64,000 bases of DNA from Actinomycetes bacterium (GTDB taxonomy: Bacteria > Actinomycetota > Acidimicrobiia > IMCC26256 > PALSA-610): the NCBI GenBank assembly GCA_025463875.1, contig JAODBI010000225.1, positions 1,222 to 65,221 on the forward strand, read 5' to 3'. Shown piece after piece: positions 18,299 through 25,877 of the stretch (position 1 is its first letter; each line of letters opens with the position of its first letter). Below the pieces are notes generated by a model that made no database searches, was not told the origin of the DNA, and saw only the letters and a program-made list of their open reading frames with translations. Both the position numbers and the translations under genes were made by a program.

Positions 18299-18985
18299 AT
18301 GGAAGCGCGGGTACTGCTGGTCGAGGACGACCCGACCATCGGTCGATCGCTCGACCAGTCGCTACGCGCCCAGGGCTACGTCGTCACCCTGGCCGCCGAC
18401 GGTGCGAGCGCTCGGCGCGCACTTGCCGAGGCGACACCCGACCTCGTCGTGCTCGACCTGGGCCTGCCCGACATCGACGGCCTCGATCTCTGTCGCGAGG
18501 TGCGCGCGTTCGCCCCGGGCATCTCGATACTCGTGCTGACGGCGCGCGACGAAGAGATCGACGTCGTCGTGGGTCTCGACGCGGGCGCCAACGACTACGT
18601 CACCAAACCGTTCCGGCTCGGCGAGCTCCTCGCGCGCGTGCGTGCCCATCTGCGCGGGAGTGACGTCTCCTCGCAATCGTCGGAGATCACCGTCGGCGAC
18701 CTCATCGTCGACATCGACGCCCGCCGCGCGTGGACGGGCGGCGAGGAGATGACGCTCCGCCCGCGCGAATTCGACGTGCTGGCGCTGCTCGCATCGGAGG
18801 CCGGCCGAGCCGTCACCCGCGAGCGCATCATGAACGAGTGCTGGGACGAGCACTGGTACGGGTCGACGAAGACCCTCGACGTGCACATCTCCCAACTACG
18901 ATCCAAGCTCGCGCAAGGAGGCGGGCCGCAGCGTCCCACGATCGCGGTGCTACGCCGGGTCGGATACCGGCTCGACACACAGTGA
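18299..18985 (+). CDS. OmpR/PhoB-family response regulator
   Basis: 228 aa. Receiver domain (VLLVEDD, DLVVLDLGLPDIDG, KP) plus a winged-helix output (LRPREFDVL..., VRRVGYRL). It is divergent from the ABC operon. Confidence 0.94.
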   Translation: MEARVLLVEDDPTIGRSLDQSLRAQGYVVTLAADGASARRALAEATPDLVVLDLGLPDIDGLDLCREVRAFAPGISILVLTARDEEIDVVVGLDAGANDYVTKPFRLGELLARVRAHLRGSDVSSQSSEITVGDLIVDIDARRAWTGGEEMTLRPREFDVLALLASEAGRAVTRERIMNECWDEHWYGSTKTLDVHISQLRSKLAQGGGPQRPTIAVLRRVGYRLDTQ

Positions 18986-20259
18986 GACCCAGGATCGTCA
19001 CCGCGATCGTGGGCGTCGCAGCGGTCGCGGTGCTCCTCGTCGGCATCCCGCTCGCGCTTGCCGTCAAGCACCTGTACACGAGCCAAGAGGTGCTGCGCCT
19101 CGAACGCGAGGCGAGCGAGACCCGACGCGCGATCGACGCCACCACACTCGGCGGCGCGGGCGATCCGATCGAGCTTCCCAAGACCGGTCCGGTGAGCTTC
19201 GCGGTCTACGACCCGGACGGGCACCGAATCGCCGGAACCGGACCCTCCGTGGCCGACACTGCGGTCCGGGCCGCGCTCCTCGGAGACGTGCGCGATGCAC
19301 GATTCGGCGGCGCGATCGTCGTGGCGGTGCCGATCAACGGTAACGAGCGCATCACCGGAGCACTGCGCGCGAGCAAGTCCGCGAGCTACGTCGTCGACCG
19401 CACCCGTCGCACGTGGGTCGCCATCGCGCTCATCGGGGCGGCCGCCTTGCTGATTGCGGCTCTGCTCGCCCTCTATCTCGCGCGCCGGCTCACTCGTCCC
19501 GTCGTCACACTGGTGAGCTCGGCCGAGCGACTCGGGGCCGGTGATTTCTCCGTGCGCACACAACCCTCGGGCGTCGACGAGCTCGACCATCTCGGCCACG
19601 CACTCGACACCACTGCCGAACGGCTCGGTGGACTCGTCGCGCGCGAGCGCGCGTTCAGCTCCGACGCGTCGCACCAGCTGCGCACGCCGCTTGCGGGTCT
19701 CCGCATCCACGTCGAGTCGGCCTTGACAACGCCCGGCACCGACCTGCGGGCGGCCCTCGAGGGAACCCTCGAACCCATCGACCGGCTCGAGGAGACGGTC
19801 GACAGCCTCTTGCAACTCGCGCGCGACACGCAAGTGGAGCGATCGCCGCTCGACCTCACCCGCCTCGTGAACGAGCTCGACCGCGACTGGCACGGCCCGC
19901 TTGCGTCGGCCGGACGACCACTGCGCGTCACCGTCGACGCATCCATACCGGCTCCGAGCATTTCCGAGCCCGCGGTCCGCCAGATCCTCGACGTCCTCGT
20001 CGACAACTCGATGCGCCACGGGCGCGGCGTTGTCACCGTCGACGTGCGGCGCGTGCCCGGCGCCGTCGCCGTCCGGGTCGAGGACGAGGGCACCGTCGTG
20101 CTCGACCCGACGCTGATCTTCCAACGCCGCAACGACAACGGACACGGGATCGGCTTGGCCCTGGCCCGGACTCTTGCCGAGGCCGAAGGTGGCCGGCTCG
20201 TCCTCGAACGACCCGGGCCGTCACCGAAGTTCGCACTTCTCCTTCCCGCCCTTCCATGA
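18982..20259 (+). CDS. Sensor histidine kinase (2 TM, HAMP, HisKA, HATPase_c)
   Basis: The GTG at 18982 overlaps the regulator's TGA (GTGA). H-box FSSDASHQLRTPLAGL; N/G boxes (VDNSMRHG, GHGIGLALA). Confidence 0.9.
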   Translation: MRPRIVTAIVGVAAVAVLLVGIPLALAVKHLYTSQEVLRLEREASETRRAIDATTLGGAGDPIELPKTGPVSFAVYDPDGHRIAGTGPSVADTAVRAALLGDVRDARFGGAIVVAVPINGNERITGALRASKSASYVVDRTRRTWVAIALIGAAALLIAALLALYLARRLTRPVVTLVSSAERLGAGDFSVRTQPSGVDELDHLGHALDTTAERLGGLVARERAFSSDASHQLRTPLAGLRIHVESALTTPGTDLRAALEGTLEPIDRLEETVDSLLQLARDTQVERSPLDLTRLVNELDRDWHGPLASAGRPLRVTVDASIPAPSISEPAVRQILDVLVDNSMRHGRGVVTVDVRRVPGAVAVRVEDEGTVVLDPTLIFQRRNDNGHGIGLALARTLAEAEGGRLVLERPGPSPKFALLLPALP

Positions 20260-20281
20260 AGGTCGGCGCATGAAGGTCGGT

Positions 20282-20324
20282 GCAACTCGGGAGAACGTGC
20301 AGCCTTCCAACTCCTCCGAGTTGC
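20282..20324 (+). terminator. Stem-loop downstream of the kinase gene (candidate terminator)
   Basis: GCAACTCGGGAG (20282-20293) pairs with CTCCTCCGAGTTGC (20311-20324): a 9-bp perfect stem plus extension, with a 17-nt loop. There is no U-tract, so function is uncertain. Confidence 0.3.
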
Positions 20325-20343
20325 TCAGAAAGGTAGGACAGAC

Positions 20344-20982
20344 GTGTCAGCTCTGATCGCTGCGGTGAACTGGTTGAGTCCCCGCGACCTGATCGAGACC
20401 TTCGGGACGATCGGACTCATGCTCGTGGTCTTCGTCGAGTCGGGACTCATCCCCGCACCGTTGCCGGGTGACTCCATCTTGTTCCTCGCGGGAGCGTTCT
20501 GCGCGACCAGCGCCCACTCGAACGATCCGCACCTGAACCTCGCGGTGGTGACGCTCGGTTCGTTCGTCGCCGCGGTCGCGGGCGCGCAGATCGGCTATGT
20601 GCTCGGTCACCGGTACGGCACGCGCCTCTTCAAGCCCGATGCGCGCCTCTTCCGGACGGAGTACCTCGAACGAGCGCAGGAATTCTTCGACGCACGGGGC
20701 CCGCGCGCGGTGTTGGTCGCGCGGTTCATTCCCTTCGTCCGCACGATCGTCCCGATGCTCGCGGGGGCCGGTCGCATGCCGGCCCGCAAATTCGCGGTCG
20801 CAAATGTCGTCGGCGCCGCGATCTGGACGATCGGCATCAGCATGCTCGGCTTCTGGCTCGGCAAGGCGATCAACATCGACAAGTTCATCTATCCGATCGT
20901 CGCCGTGATCATCGTGCTCTCGCTCATCCCGCCCTACCTCGAATACCGCCGCCACCGGCGTACTCGAACGTCCGAGGTCTGA
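20344..20982 (+). CDS. DedA family (VTT domain) membrane protein
   Basis: 212 aa. The signature FVESGLIPAPLPGDSILFLAGAF, and later RFIPFVRTIVPMLAG, is typical of DedA/SNARE-associated proteins. Confidence 0.9.
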   Translation: MSALIAAVNWLSPRDLIETFGTIGLMLVVFVESGLIPAPLPGDSILFLAGAFCATSAHSNDPHLNLAVVTLGSFVAAVAGAQIGYVLGHRYGTRLFKPDARLFRTEYLERAQEFFDARGPRAVLVARFIPFVRTIVPMLAGAGRMPARKFAVANVVGAAIWTIGISMLGFWLGKAINIDKFIYPIVAVIIVLSLIPPYLEYRRHRRTRTSEV

Positions 20983-20997
20983 CTATCGTCGCGGAGT

Positions 20998-21714
20998 GTG
21001 ACCGTCGTCGTCGCGCATCGAACGTGCCCTCGTGACGCACCCGAGAATTCATTGGAAGGCATCGTCGCTTCGGCCCGGCTCGGAGCCGACGTGGTGGAGC
21101 TCGACGCTCGGCGCAGTCGCGACGGCACGGCGGTCGTGATCCACGATCCGTGGCTCGGGCGTCTTCAACACGTGCCGTGGCCGGTGCGCGGGGCGAGTGA
21201 TTCGCTGTTGCGCCGTTTGCGGGTGCCGACGCTCGCCGACGCGCTGCAGACGGCGCGCTCCGTGGGGCTGCGGGTTGCGATCGACGCGAAGGACCCGGGC
21301 GTCGTCGGGGCCGTCCTCGAAGCCGTGCGCCGGACCGGGGCGCAGGAGCACGTGCTGTTCTGGTCGCAACACCTGTCGGCCGCCCACGGCTTCGCGCGAG
21401 CAGTCCCCGGCGCCGAGGTGGGGCTGTTCCGCGACACGTTCGACGAGGCGGCTCACCTTCGACTGCTCGCCGACGCCGCGGCGATCGGTGCGCGCGCGGT
21501 GTCGGTGCATCAAGACGCGGCCATGGTCGGGTTCATCGCCGCGGCGCGGGCGCGCGGCCTCGACGTGTACGTCGGATATCAGAGCCTCGGCGTCCAGTCC
21601 GAGCGTTTACGGGTGAGGGCCGACGCCGGCCTGACGGGTGTCGTCACGGATTGGCCGGCGGAGGCCCGCAGGCTGCTCGACCATACGACTCACCCTGACG
21701 ATCGGTCACCCTGA
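20998..21714 (+). CDS. Glycerophosphodiester phosphodiesterase family protein
   Basis: 238 aa. GDPD motifs: AHRTCPRDAPENSLEGI, VELDARRSRDGTAVVIHD, and a C-terminal VTDWP. Confidence 0.85.
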   Translation: MTVVVAHRTCPRDAPENSLEGIVASARLGADVVELDARRSRDGTAVVIHDPWLGRLQHVPWPVRGASDSLLRRLRVPTLADALQTARSVGLRVAIDAKDPGVVGAVLEAVRRTGAQEHVLFWSQHLSAAHGFARAVPGAEVGLFRDTFDEAAHLRLLADAAAIGARAVSVHQDAAMVGFIAAARARGLDVYVGYQSLGVQSERLRVRADAGLTGVVTDWPAEARRLLDHTTHPDDRSP

Positions 21715-21737
21715 CGATCGGTCACCCTGACGATCGC
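21690..21737 (+). repeat. 16-bp x3 tandem repeat (TCACCCTGACGATCGG) spanning the GDPD stop codon
   Basis: Copies lie at 21690-21705, 21706-21721 and 21722-21737 (last base differs). The gene's TGA (21712-21714) lies in copy 2. The same CTGA in copy 1 is read as cct-gac. Confidence 0.95.
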
Positions 21738-21823
21738 TCGCCGTTCACCCGGCACACAGTGGCTACTCAGATGCGCCGGGCATGCTCGGGTGGCTTCCGC
21801 CCACTGAGCCTCCGAGGTGCAAC

Positions 21824-22231
21824 ATGGCCGACCGCTCCCGCCGCGCCGACGCGTTTCCGACGATCAGCGGGCTCCTCGGGATCGCGACCGGACCGATCCT
21901 GCTCGCGACGGGCGCGCCCGCGGGTTGGTCGTTCCTGCTCATTGCCGCCGGCGTCGTCCTCGTGGCCGCGCAATGGGCGATCGCGCACGACGTCGAGCTC
22001 GAGCTCACGGGTTGGATGCAAATCGCCGCGGCGCTCGTCGGAATCGCCTGCGTAGCCGTCGCGGTCGTGTATCTCACGCGGTCGGCCGACGACCTTCCGT
22101 CGTTGTTCCCGGGTCACGACGGCGACTCCGAACACTTCCGCGTCCTGCCCGGCGTCCTCACCCTTGCGGTCGGGCTGGTGGTGTTGGGCCGAGGAGTGGC
22201 AACGGCGCTCCCGGCGCGATCTTCGCGCTGA
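21824..22231 (+). CDS. Hypothetical membrane protein (about 4 TM)
   Basis: ORF 21782..22231. ATG 21824 is preceded by GAGGTG. It has four hydrophobic segments. I recognised no family. Confidence 0.55.
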   Translation: MADRSRRADAFPTISGLLGIATGPILLATGAPAGWSFLLIAAGVVLVAAQWAIAHDVELELTGWMQIAAALVGIACVAVAVVYLTRSADDLPSLFPGHDGDSEHFRVLPGVLTLAVGLVVLGRGVATALPARSSR

Positions 22232-22399
22232 CGCCGATCACGGACGGCGCCGGGACCACGCACTTCGGCATCCGCGTGCCGCGACACCGACCAGTGCCAC
22301 GAATCCACCGATCAGCACGGCCACGACGAGTATCCACATCAGCGCCGTGCCGATTCCCACCGCCCTCGATCCCTCCGCGCCGACCGCCCTCGGCGGACC

Positions 22400-22429
22400 A
22401 TACGAATCGGACAGTTAGCGGGAAGTAAT
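22400..22429. repeat. Direct repeat copy 1 (16-bp perfect core GTTAGCGGGAAGTAAT, 22414-22429)
   Basis: The 30-bp window matches 23204-23233 at 26/30 positions. The core is identical and relatively AT-rich. It lies just downstream of the PAP2 stop. Confidence 0.9.
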
Positions 22430-22466
22430 GGTGCTGCGCGGAGTGCCGCTGTTGCGCGGTCAGAGG

Positions 22467-23216
22467 TCAGTCGCGTTCGCGTACCGGAAGTCCCTCGCCG
22501 CCGAGGCCGAGCGCCCAGCGGGACAACGTGCCCGACAACACTCCGACACCCGCGCCGCCGACCGCGTCGAGGGGAAGGTGCGACCCCGAATACAAACGGG
22601 CCACTGCTACGAACGATGCGAGAGCGAAGGCCGGCGCGCGGCCCGCACGCGGCAGCGACGGTGCAAGCACGGCCGCCAGCGCGAACGCGACGGCCGCGTG
22701 CCCGGATACGAATCCGACGCCGCTCGCCTTCGCCCGAAGATTCACGTCGACCAACAATGCCGATGGCCGGCCGCGACCGACGATCGACTTGACCGCCTTC
22801 GCCCCCCACCACGCCGCCTGGCTCGCCGCCAGCGTCGCGAGCGTCAGGCGGTGCTTCCTCGTCGCGGCGAACGTGCCGGCGACAACGACGACGGAACCGA
22901 GCAGGCTTCCGATCTGCATCGGGCCCCACACCACCGGCCACAGCACATCCGGCAGCTCGTTGACGCGCTCGAAGATCGCGACCTCCCACTCCGGTACCCC
23001 GTGTCCGACGGCGACCACGACCCACGAGCCGGCCAACGCGATCCCGCCGCCGAGCACCGAAGCGGCTTCGATTCGACGAACCGCGCGGCCGGGTTCTGCA
23101 GACAGCATCGACGGGAACCTAGGCGCGAAAAGGCGCTCGCGTTCGGGGGCACGCCGAGGCCGCGGATATCCGGGCCGGCGGACCTCGGCGGCCCGGCCGG
23201 AGAATACGAAGCGCAT
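22467..23216 (-). CDS. PAP2 superfamily phosphatase (BcrC/PgpB-like membrane phosphatase)
   Basis: ORF 22467..23306. PAP2 motifs: KxxxxRxRP (KSIVGRGRP), SGH (FVSGHAA), SRxxxxxHxxxD (ARLYSGSHLPLDAVGG). The start is uncertain (ATG 23216 or 23108). The 23306 start would sit in an AT-rich promoter-like stretch. Confidence 0.85.
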   Translation of the reverse strand: MRFVFSGRAAEVRRPGYPRPRRAPERERLFAPRFPSMLSAEPGRAVRRIEAASVLGGGIALAGSWVVVAVGHGVPEWEVAIFERVNELPDVLWPVVWGPMQIGSLLGSVVVVAGTFAATRKHRLTLATLAASQAAWWGAKAVKSIVGRGRPSALLVDVNLRAKASGVGFVSGHAAVAFALAAVLAPSLPRAGRAPAFALASFVAVARLYSGSHLPLDAVGGAGVGVLSGTLSRWALGLGGEGLPVRERD

Positions 23217-23233
23217 CGTTAGCGGGAAGTAAT
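23204..23233. repeat. Direct repeat copy 2 (core GTTAGCGGGAAGTAAT, 23218-23233)
   Basis: Same register as copy 1, 804 bp away. It lies in the divergent region between PAP2 and the response regulator gene. Confidence 0.9.
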
Positions 23234-23305
23234 TCGTGTCGACCGGGCCGGACATCAGCTCGGATTTCTCACAATGCTCACACGTGAGATCCATATCTTC
23301 GAGCA

Positions 23306-23983
23306 ATGCGGCTCTTGATCGTCGAGGACGAAGTCCGCATGGCCGCCTTGTTGCGCCGGGGCTTCGTCGAGGAGGGCTACGCCGTCGATATCGCGAACAA
23401 CGGAACCGACGCGGTGTGGCTCGCGACGGAGGCGACGTTCGACACCCTGATACTCGACGTGATGCTTCCCGGCGTCGACGGGTTCGAGGTCTGCCGTGTG
23501 CTGCGCGAAAAGGGATGCCGCGCGCCCGTACTGATGTTGACGGCTCGCGACGCGGTCGAGGATCGCGTCCGCGGCCTCGACGCCGGCGCCGACGACTACC
23601 TCACGAAGCCGTTCAGCTTCGCCGAGCTCAGTGCGCGCGTCCGGGCGCTCCTACGCCGGGGGGCGTCCGCACGACCGACCGTGCGTGAGGTCGGCGACCT
23701 GCGTCTCGATCCCGCGGCCCACCGCGCGACCCGGGCCGACGCCGAGCTCTCGCTCTCGCCCAAGGAGATGGCACTGCTGGAGCTGTTCATGCGCCATCCC
23801 GACGAGGTGATCACCCGAACGCAGATCCTCGATCACGTGTGGGACTTCGCGTACGACGGCATGTCGAACGTCGTCGATCAGTACGTGTCGTATCTGCGTC
23901 GGAAGATCGACAAGCCCTTCGGGCGCGACGACCTGCAGACGGTACGCGGGGTCGGTTACCGCCTCCGTACGTCAGAGCGGTAA
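23306..23983 (+). CDS. OmpR/PhoB-family response regulator
   Basis: 225 aa. MRLLIVEDE, DTLILDVMLPGVDG, LTKPF, and a winged helix (LSPKEMALLELF, VRGVGYRL). Confidence 0.94.
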   Translation: MRLLIVEDEVRMAALLRRGFVEEGYAVDIANNGTDAVWLATEATFDTLILDVMLPGVDGFEVCRVLREKGCRAPVLMLTARDAVEDRVRGLDAGADDYLTKPFSFAELSARVRALLRRGASARPTVREVGDLRLDPAAHRATRADAELSLSPKEMALLELFMRHPDEVITRTQILDHVWDFAYDGMSNVVDQYVSYLRRKIDKPFGRDDLQTVRGVGYRLRTSER

Positions 23984-23986
23984 GCG

Positions 23987-25369
23987 ATGCCGATCCGCCT
24001 TCGCCTGACCCTCGCGGCGCTGCTCGGCGCGCTCGCACTCTCGTCGATCGGCGGCTGGGTTTTCCTGCATCAGCTCCGCAACGGACTCCACGCGTCGGTC
24101 GATTCCTCCTTGCGGGTGCGAGCCGACGCGCTCGTGCAGAAGGTGCAGGATTCCGGCACGAATCTCGATTTCCAAGACGCCGGTTCGACCGCGCTTCTCG
24201 CGGCGCGTGAGTCGATCGCGCAGGTCGTGGGACCCGACAGCCGCCTGGTCGACTCCTCGCAGGCGGCCGGCAACAACGTCGTGATCCCGGAGTCCGCGCT
24301 GGCTGCGGCGCGGCGTGGCACCACGTACTCGGAGGGCGTCGTTCCCGGCGACAGCCATGCCGCCCGGTTCCTGGCAACCCCTGTGAAGCGACGCGAAGGG
24401 ACGTACGTCGTCATCGTCGGAACCTCACTTGCATCAGTTGACGACGCGGTGAGTCGGGTACGGGCCGGCATCCTTCTCGGCGACATCCTCACCGTCGCGA
24501 TCGCCACGATCGGCGCGTGGCTGCTGGGCCGTTTCGCACTGCGACCGGTTGAGCGCATGCGGCGGGAAGTGGCGGCCATCTCGGAGTTCGACGAGGTCAC
24601 GCGCCTCGACGTCCCGCGCACGCACGACGAGATCGCGCTGCTCGGCAACACGATGGACGCGCTGCTCGGTCGCCTCCACGCCGCCCTCGCGCAGCAACGC
24701 GCCTTCGTCGCCGACGCGGGCCACGAGTTGCGTACCCCACTGGCGATCCTGCGTACGGAGCTCGAGCTGGCCGGACGGCCGGGGCGGGACACGGACGAGC
24801 TCCGCCGCGCCGTGGCCAACGCGGGCGAAGAGACCGATCGGCTCGCGCGTCTTGCCGAAGCACTCTTGTACCTCGCTCGCCATGACGAACGTCGCCATCA
24901 GCAGCGGCGCGAGCTTCAACCGTTGCAACCGATATTCATGCGGGCGACGGAAACCGCGCGCGGGCGCGCGGGCGAACGAGGCATCGAGGTCGCGCTCGAC
25001 GCGTCCCCCGGTCTGGTCGCGCCGGTCGTGGGCGACGACCTCCGCCGTGCGCTCGACAATCTGCTCGACAACGCGATCCGCCACGCGCCCCGTGGATCGC
25101 GCGTCGAAGTCGCCGCAACCCTCCACACGAACCGGATCGTGATCACGGTGCGAGACCACGGGCCGGGTTTCCCGGTGGAATTTCTCGCGCACGCGTTCGA
25201 GCGCTTTCGCCGCGCCGATGCGAGTCGCACTCATCAAGACGACGACAGCGGAGCCGGCCTCGGGCTGGCCATCGTCCGCGCCGTCGCCCGCGATCACGGC
25301 GGCGACGCCCACGCGCGCAATCCGCCCGATGGCGGCGGCGAGGTCGCAATCACCCTGCCGGCGGTCTGA
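23987..25369 (+). CDS. Sensor histidine kinase (2 TM, periplasmic loop, HAMP, HisKA, HATPase_c)
   Basis: 460 aa. H-box FVADAGHELRTPLAIL, N box LDNAIRHAP, G boxes DHGPGF and GAGLGLAIV. Confidence 0.93.
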   Translation: MPIRLRLTLAALLGALALSSIGGWVFLHQLRNGLHASVDSSLRVRADALVQKVQDSGTNLDFQDAGSTALLAARESIAQVVGPDSRLVDSSQAAGNNVVIPESALAAARRGTTYSEGVVPGDSHAARFLATPVKRREGTYVVIVGTSLASVDDAVSRVRAGILLGDILTVAIATIGAWLLGRFALRPVERMRREVAAISEFDEVTRLDVPRTHDEIALLGNTMDALLGRLHAALAQQRAFVADAGHELRTPLAILRTELELAGRPGRDTDELRRAVANAGEETDRLARLAEALLYLARHDERRHQQRRELQPLQPIFMRATETARGRAGERGIEVALDASPGLVAPVVGDDLRRALDNLLDNAIRHAPRGSRVEVAATLHTNRIVITVRDHGPGFPVEFLAHAFERFRRADASRTHQDDDSGAGLGLAIVRAVARDHGGDAHARNPPDGGGEVAITLPAV

Positions 25370-25467
25370 AGATGTGAGTGCGCACACGCGCCTCTCACGT
25401 CGGTCCAACGCCCCGTTCCCCATCCTCGGAGGTGCAACAACCGACAACCCCTCGTAGGAGGACACCC

Positions 25468-25821
25468 ATGAACCCCACCCGCAAGCTTCTCGCCATCGGT
25501 GCGACGGTCGTCGCGTTCGGCGGCGTCGGAGCGATCGCCGCCGTTGCGCAGACGTCGACGACGACCAGGCCCACCCCGGTCACCGGCACGCCGTCCAACC
25601 CGACTTCGGACCCGGACAAGCTGCAGCAGGGCGACCAGACAACCCCTGATGTCCCGGGAGCCACGGGGACTCCGGACCCGGCCGAGAAGTCGACGTCGGC
25701 GACTTCAGCCGACCCGACCGAGAAGACCGCAACGCCGGAGAGCGAGACCGCCAACGACGGACCCGGCGGTCACGCTGATGCGCCCGGCGCGGTCGACCAC
25801 CAGTTCAACGGTCAGGAGTAG
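25468..25821 (+). CDS. Small secreted Thr/Pro/Asp-rich protein
   Basis: ATG 25468 is preceded by AGGAGGA. Signal peptide MNPTRKLLAIGATVVAFGGVGAIAAVAQ, then a low-complexity body ending GGHADAPGAVDHQFNGQE. It is followed by a hairpin. Confidence 0.6.
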   Translation: MNPTRKLLAIGATVVAFGGVGAIAAVAQTSTTTRPTPVTGTPSNPTSDPDKLQQGDQTTPDVPGATGTPDPAEKSTSATSADPTEKTATPESETANDGPGGHADAPGAVDHQFNGQE

Positions 25822-25823
25822 CG

Positions 25824-25867
25824 CGTCCGTCGCGGGTCGGGACTCGATGAGTCTCGACCCGCGGACG
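25824..25867. terminator. Imperfect GC-rich hairpin between convergent genes (bidirectional terminator candidate)
   Basis: CGTCCGTCGCGGGTCGGGACTC - gat - GAGTCTCGACCCGCGGACG. The stem is about 19 bp with two small bulges. Confidence 0.45.
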
Positions 25868-25877
25868 TGCGCGCGCG

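Noticed and set aside
20255-20282. A 14-bp tandem duplication (CATGAAGGTCGGCG / CATGAAGGTCGGTG) that includes the kinase stop codon.
   Set aside because: There are only two copies with one mismatch and no obvious functional consequence. It is noted but considered trivial.
22238-22360. A 40-codon minus-strand ORF (VGIGTALMWILVVAVLIGGFVALVGVAARGCRSAWSRRRP) downstream of repeat copy 1.
   Set aside because: It is hydrophobic and preceded by GGAGGG. However, its GC3 is only moderate for this genome, it needs a GTG start, and I recognised no family. The evidence is insufficient to call it.
22428-23232. Plus-strand ORFs (264 and 234 aa) starting right after direct-repeat copy 1, where GGGAAG plus ATG looks like an RBS.
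   Set aside because: The products are Arg/Ala/Pro-rich with no domains, and they lie fully antisense to the PAP2 gene, which has all three PAP2 motifs. The RBS-like context is noted in the direct-repeat finding, but the ORFs are not called.
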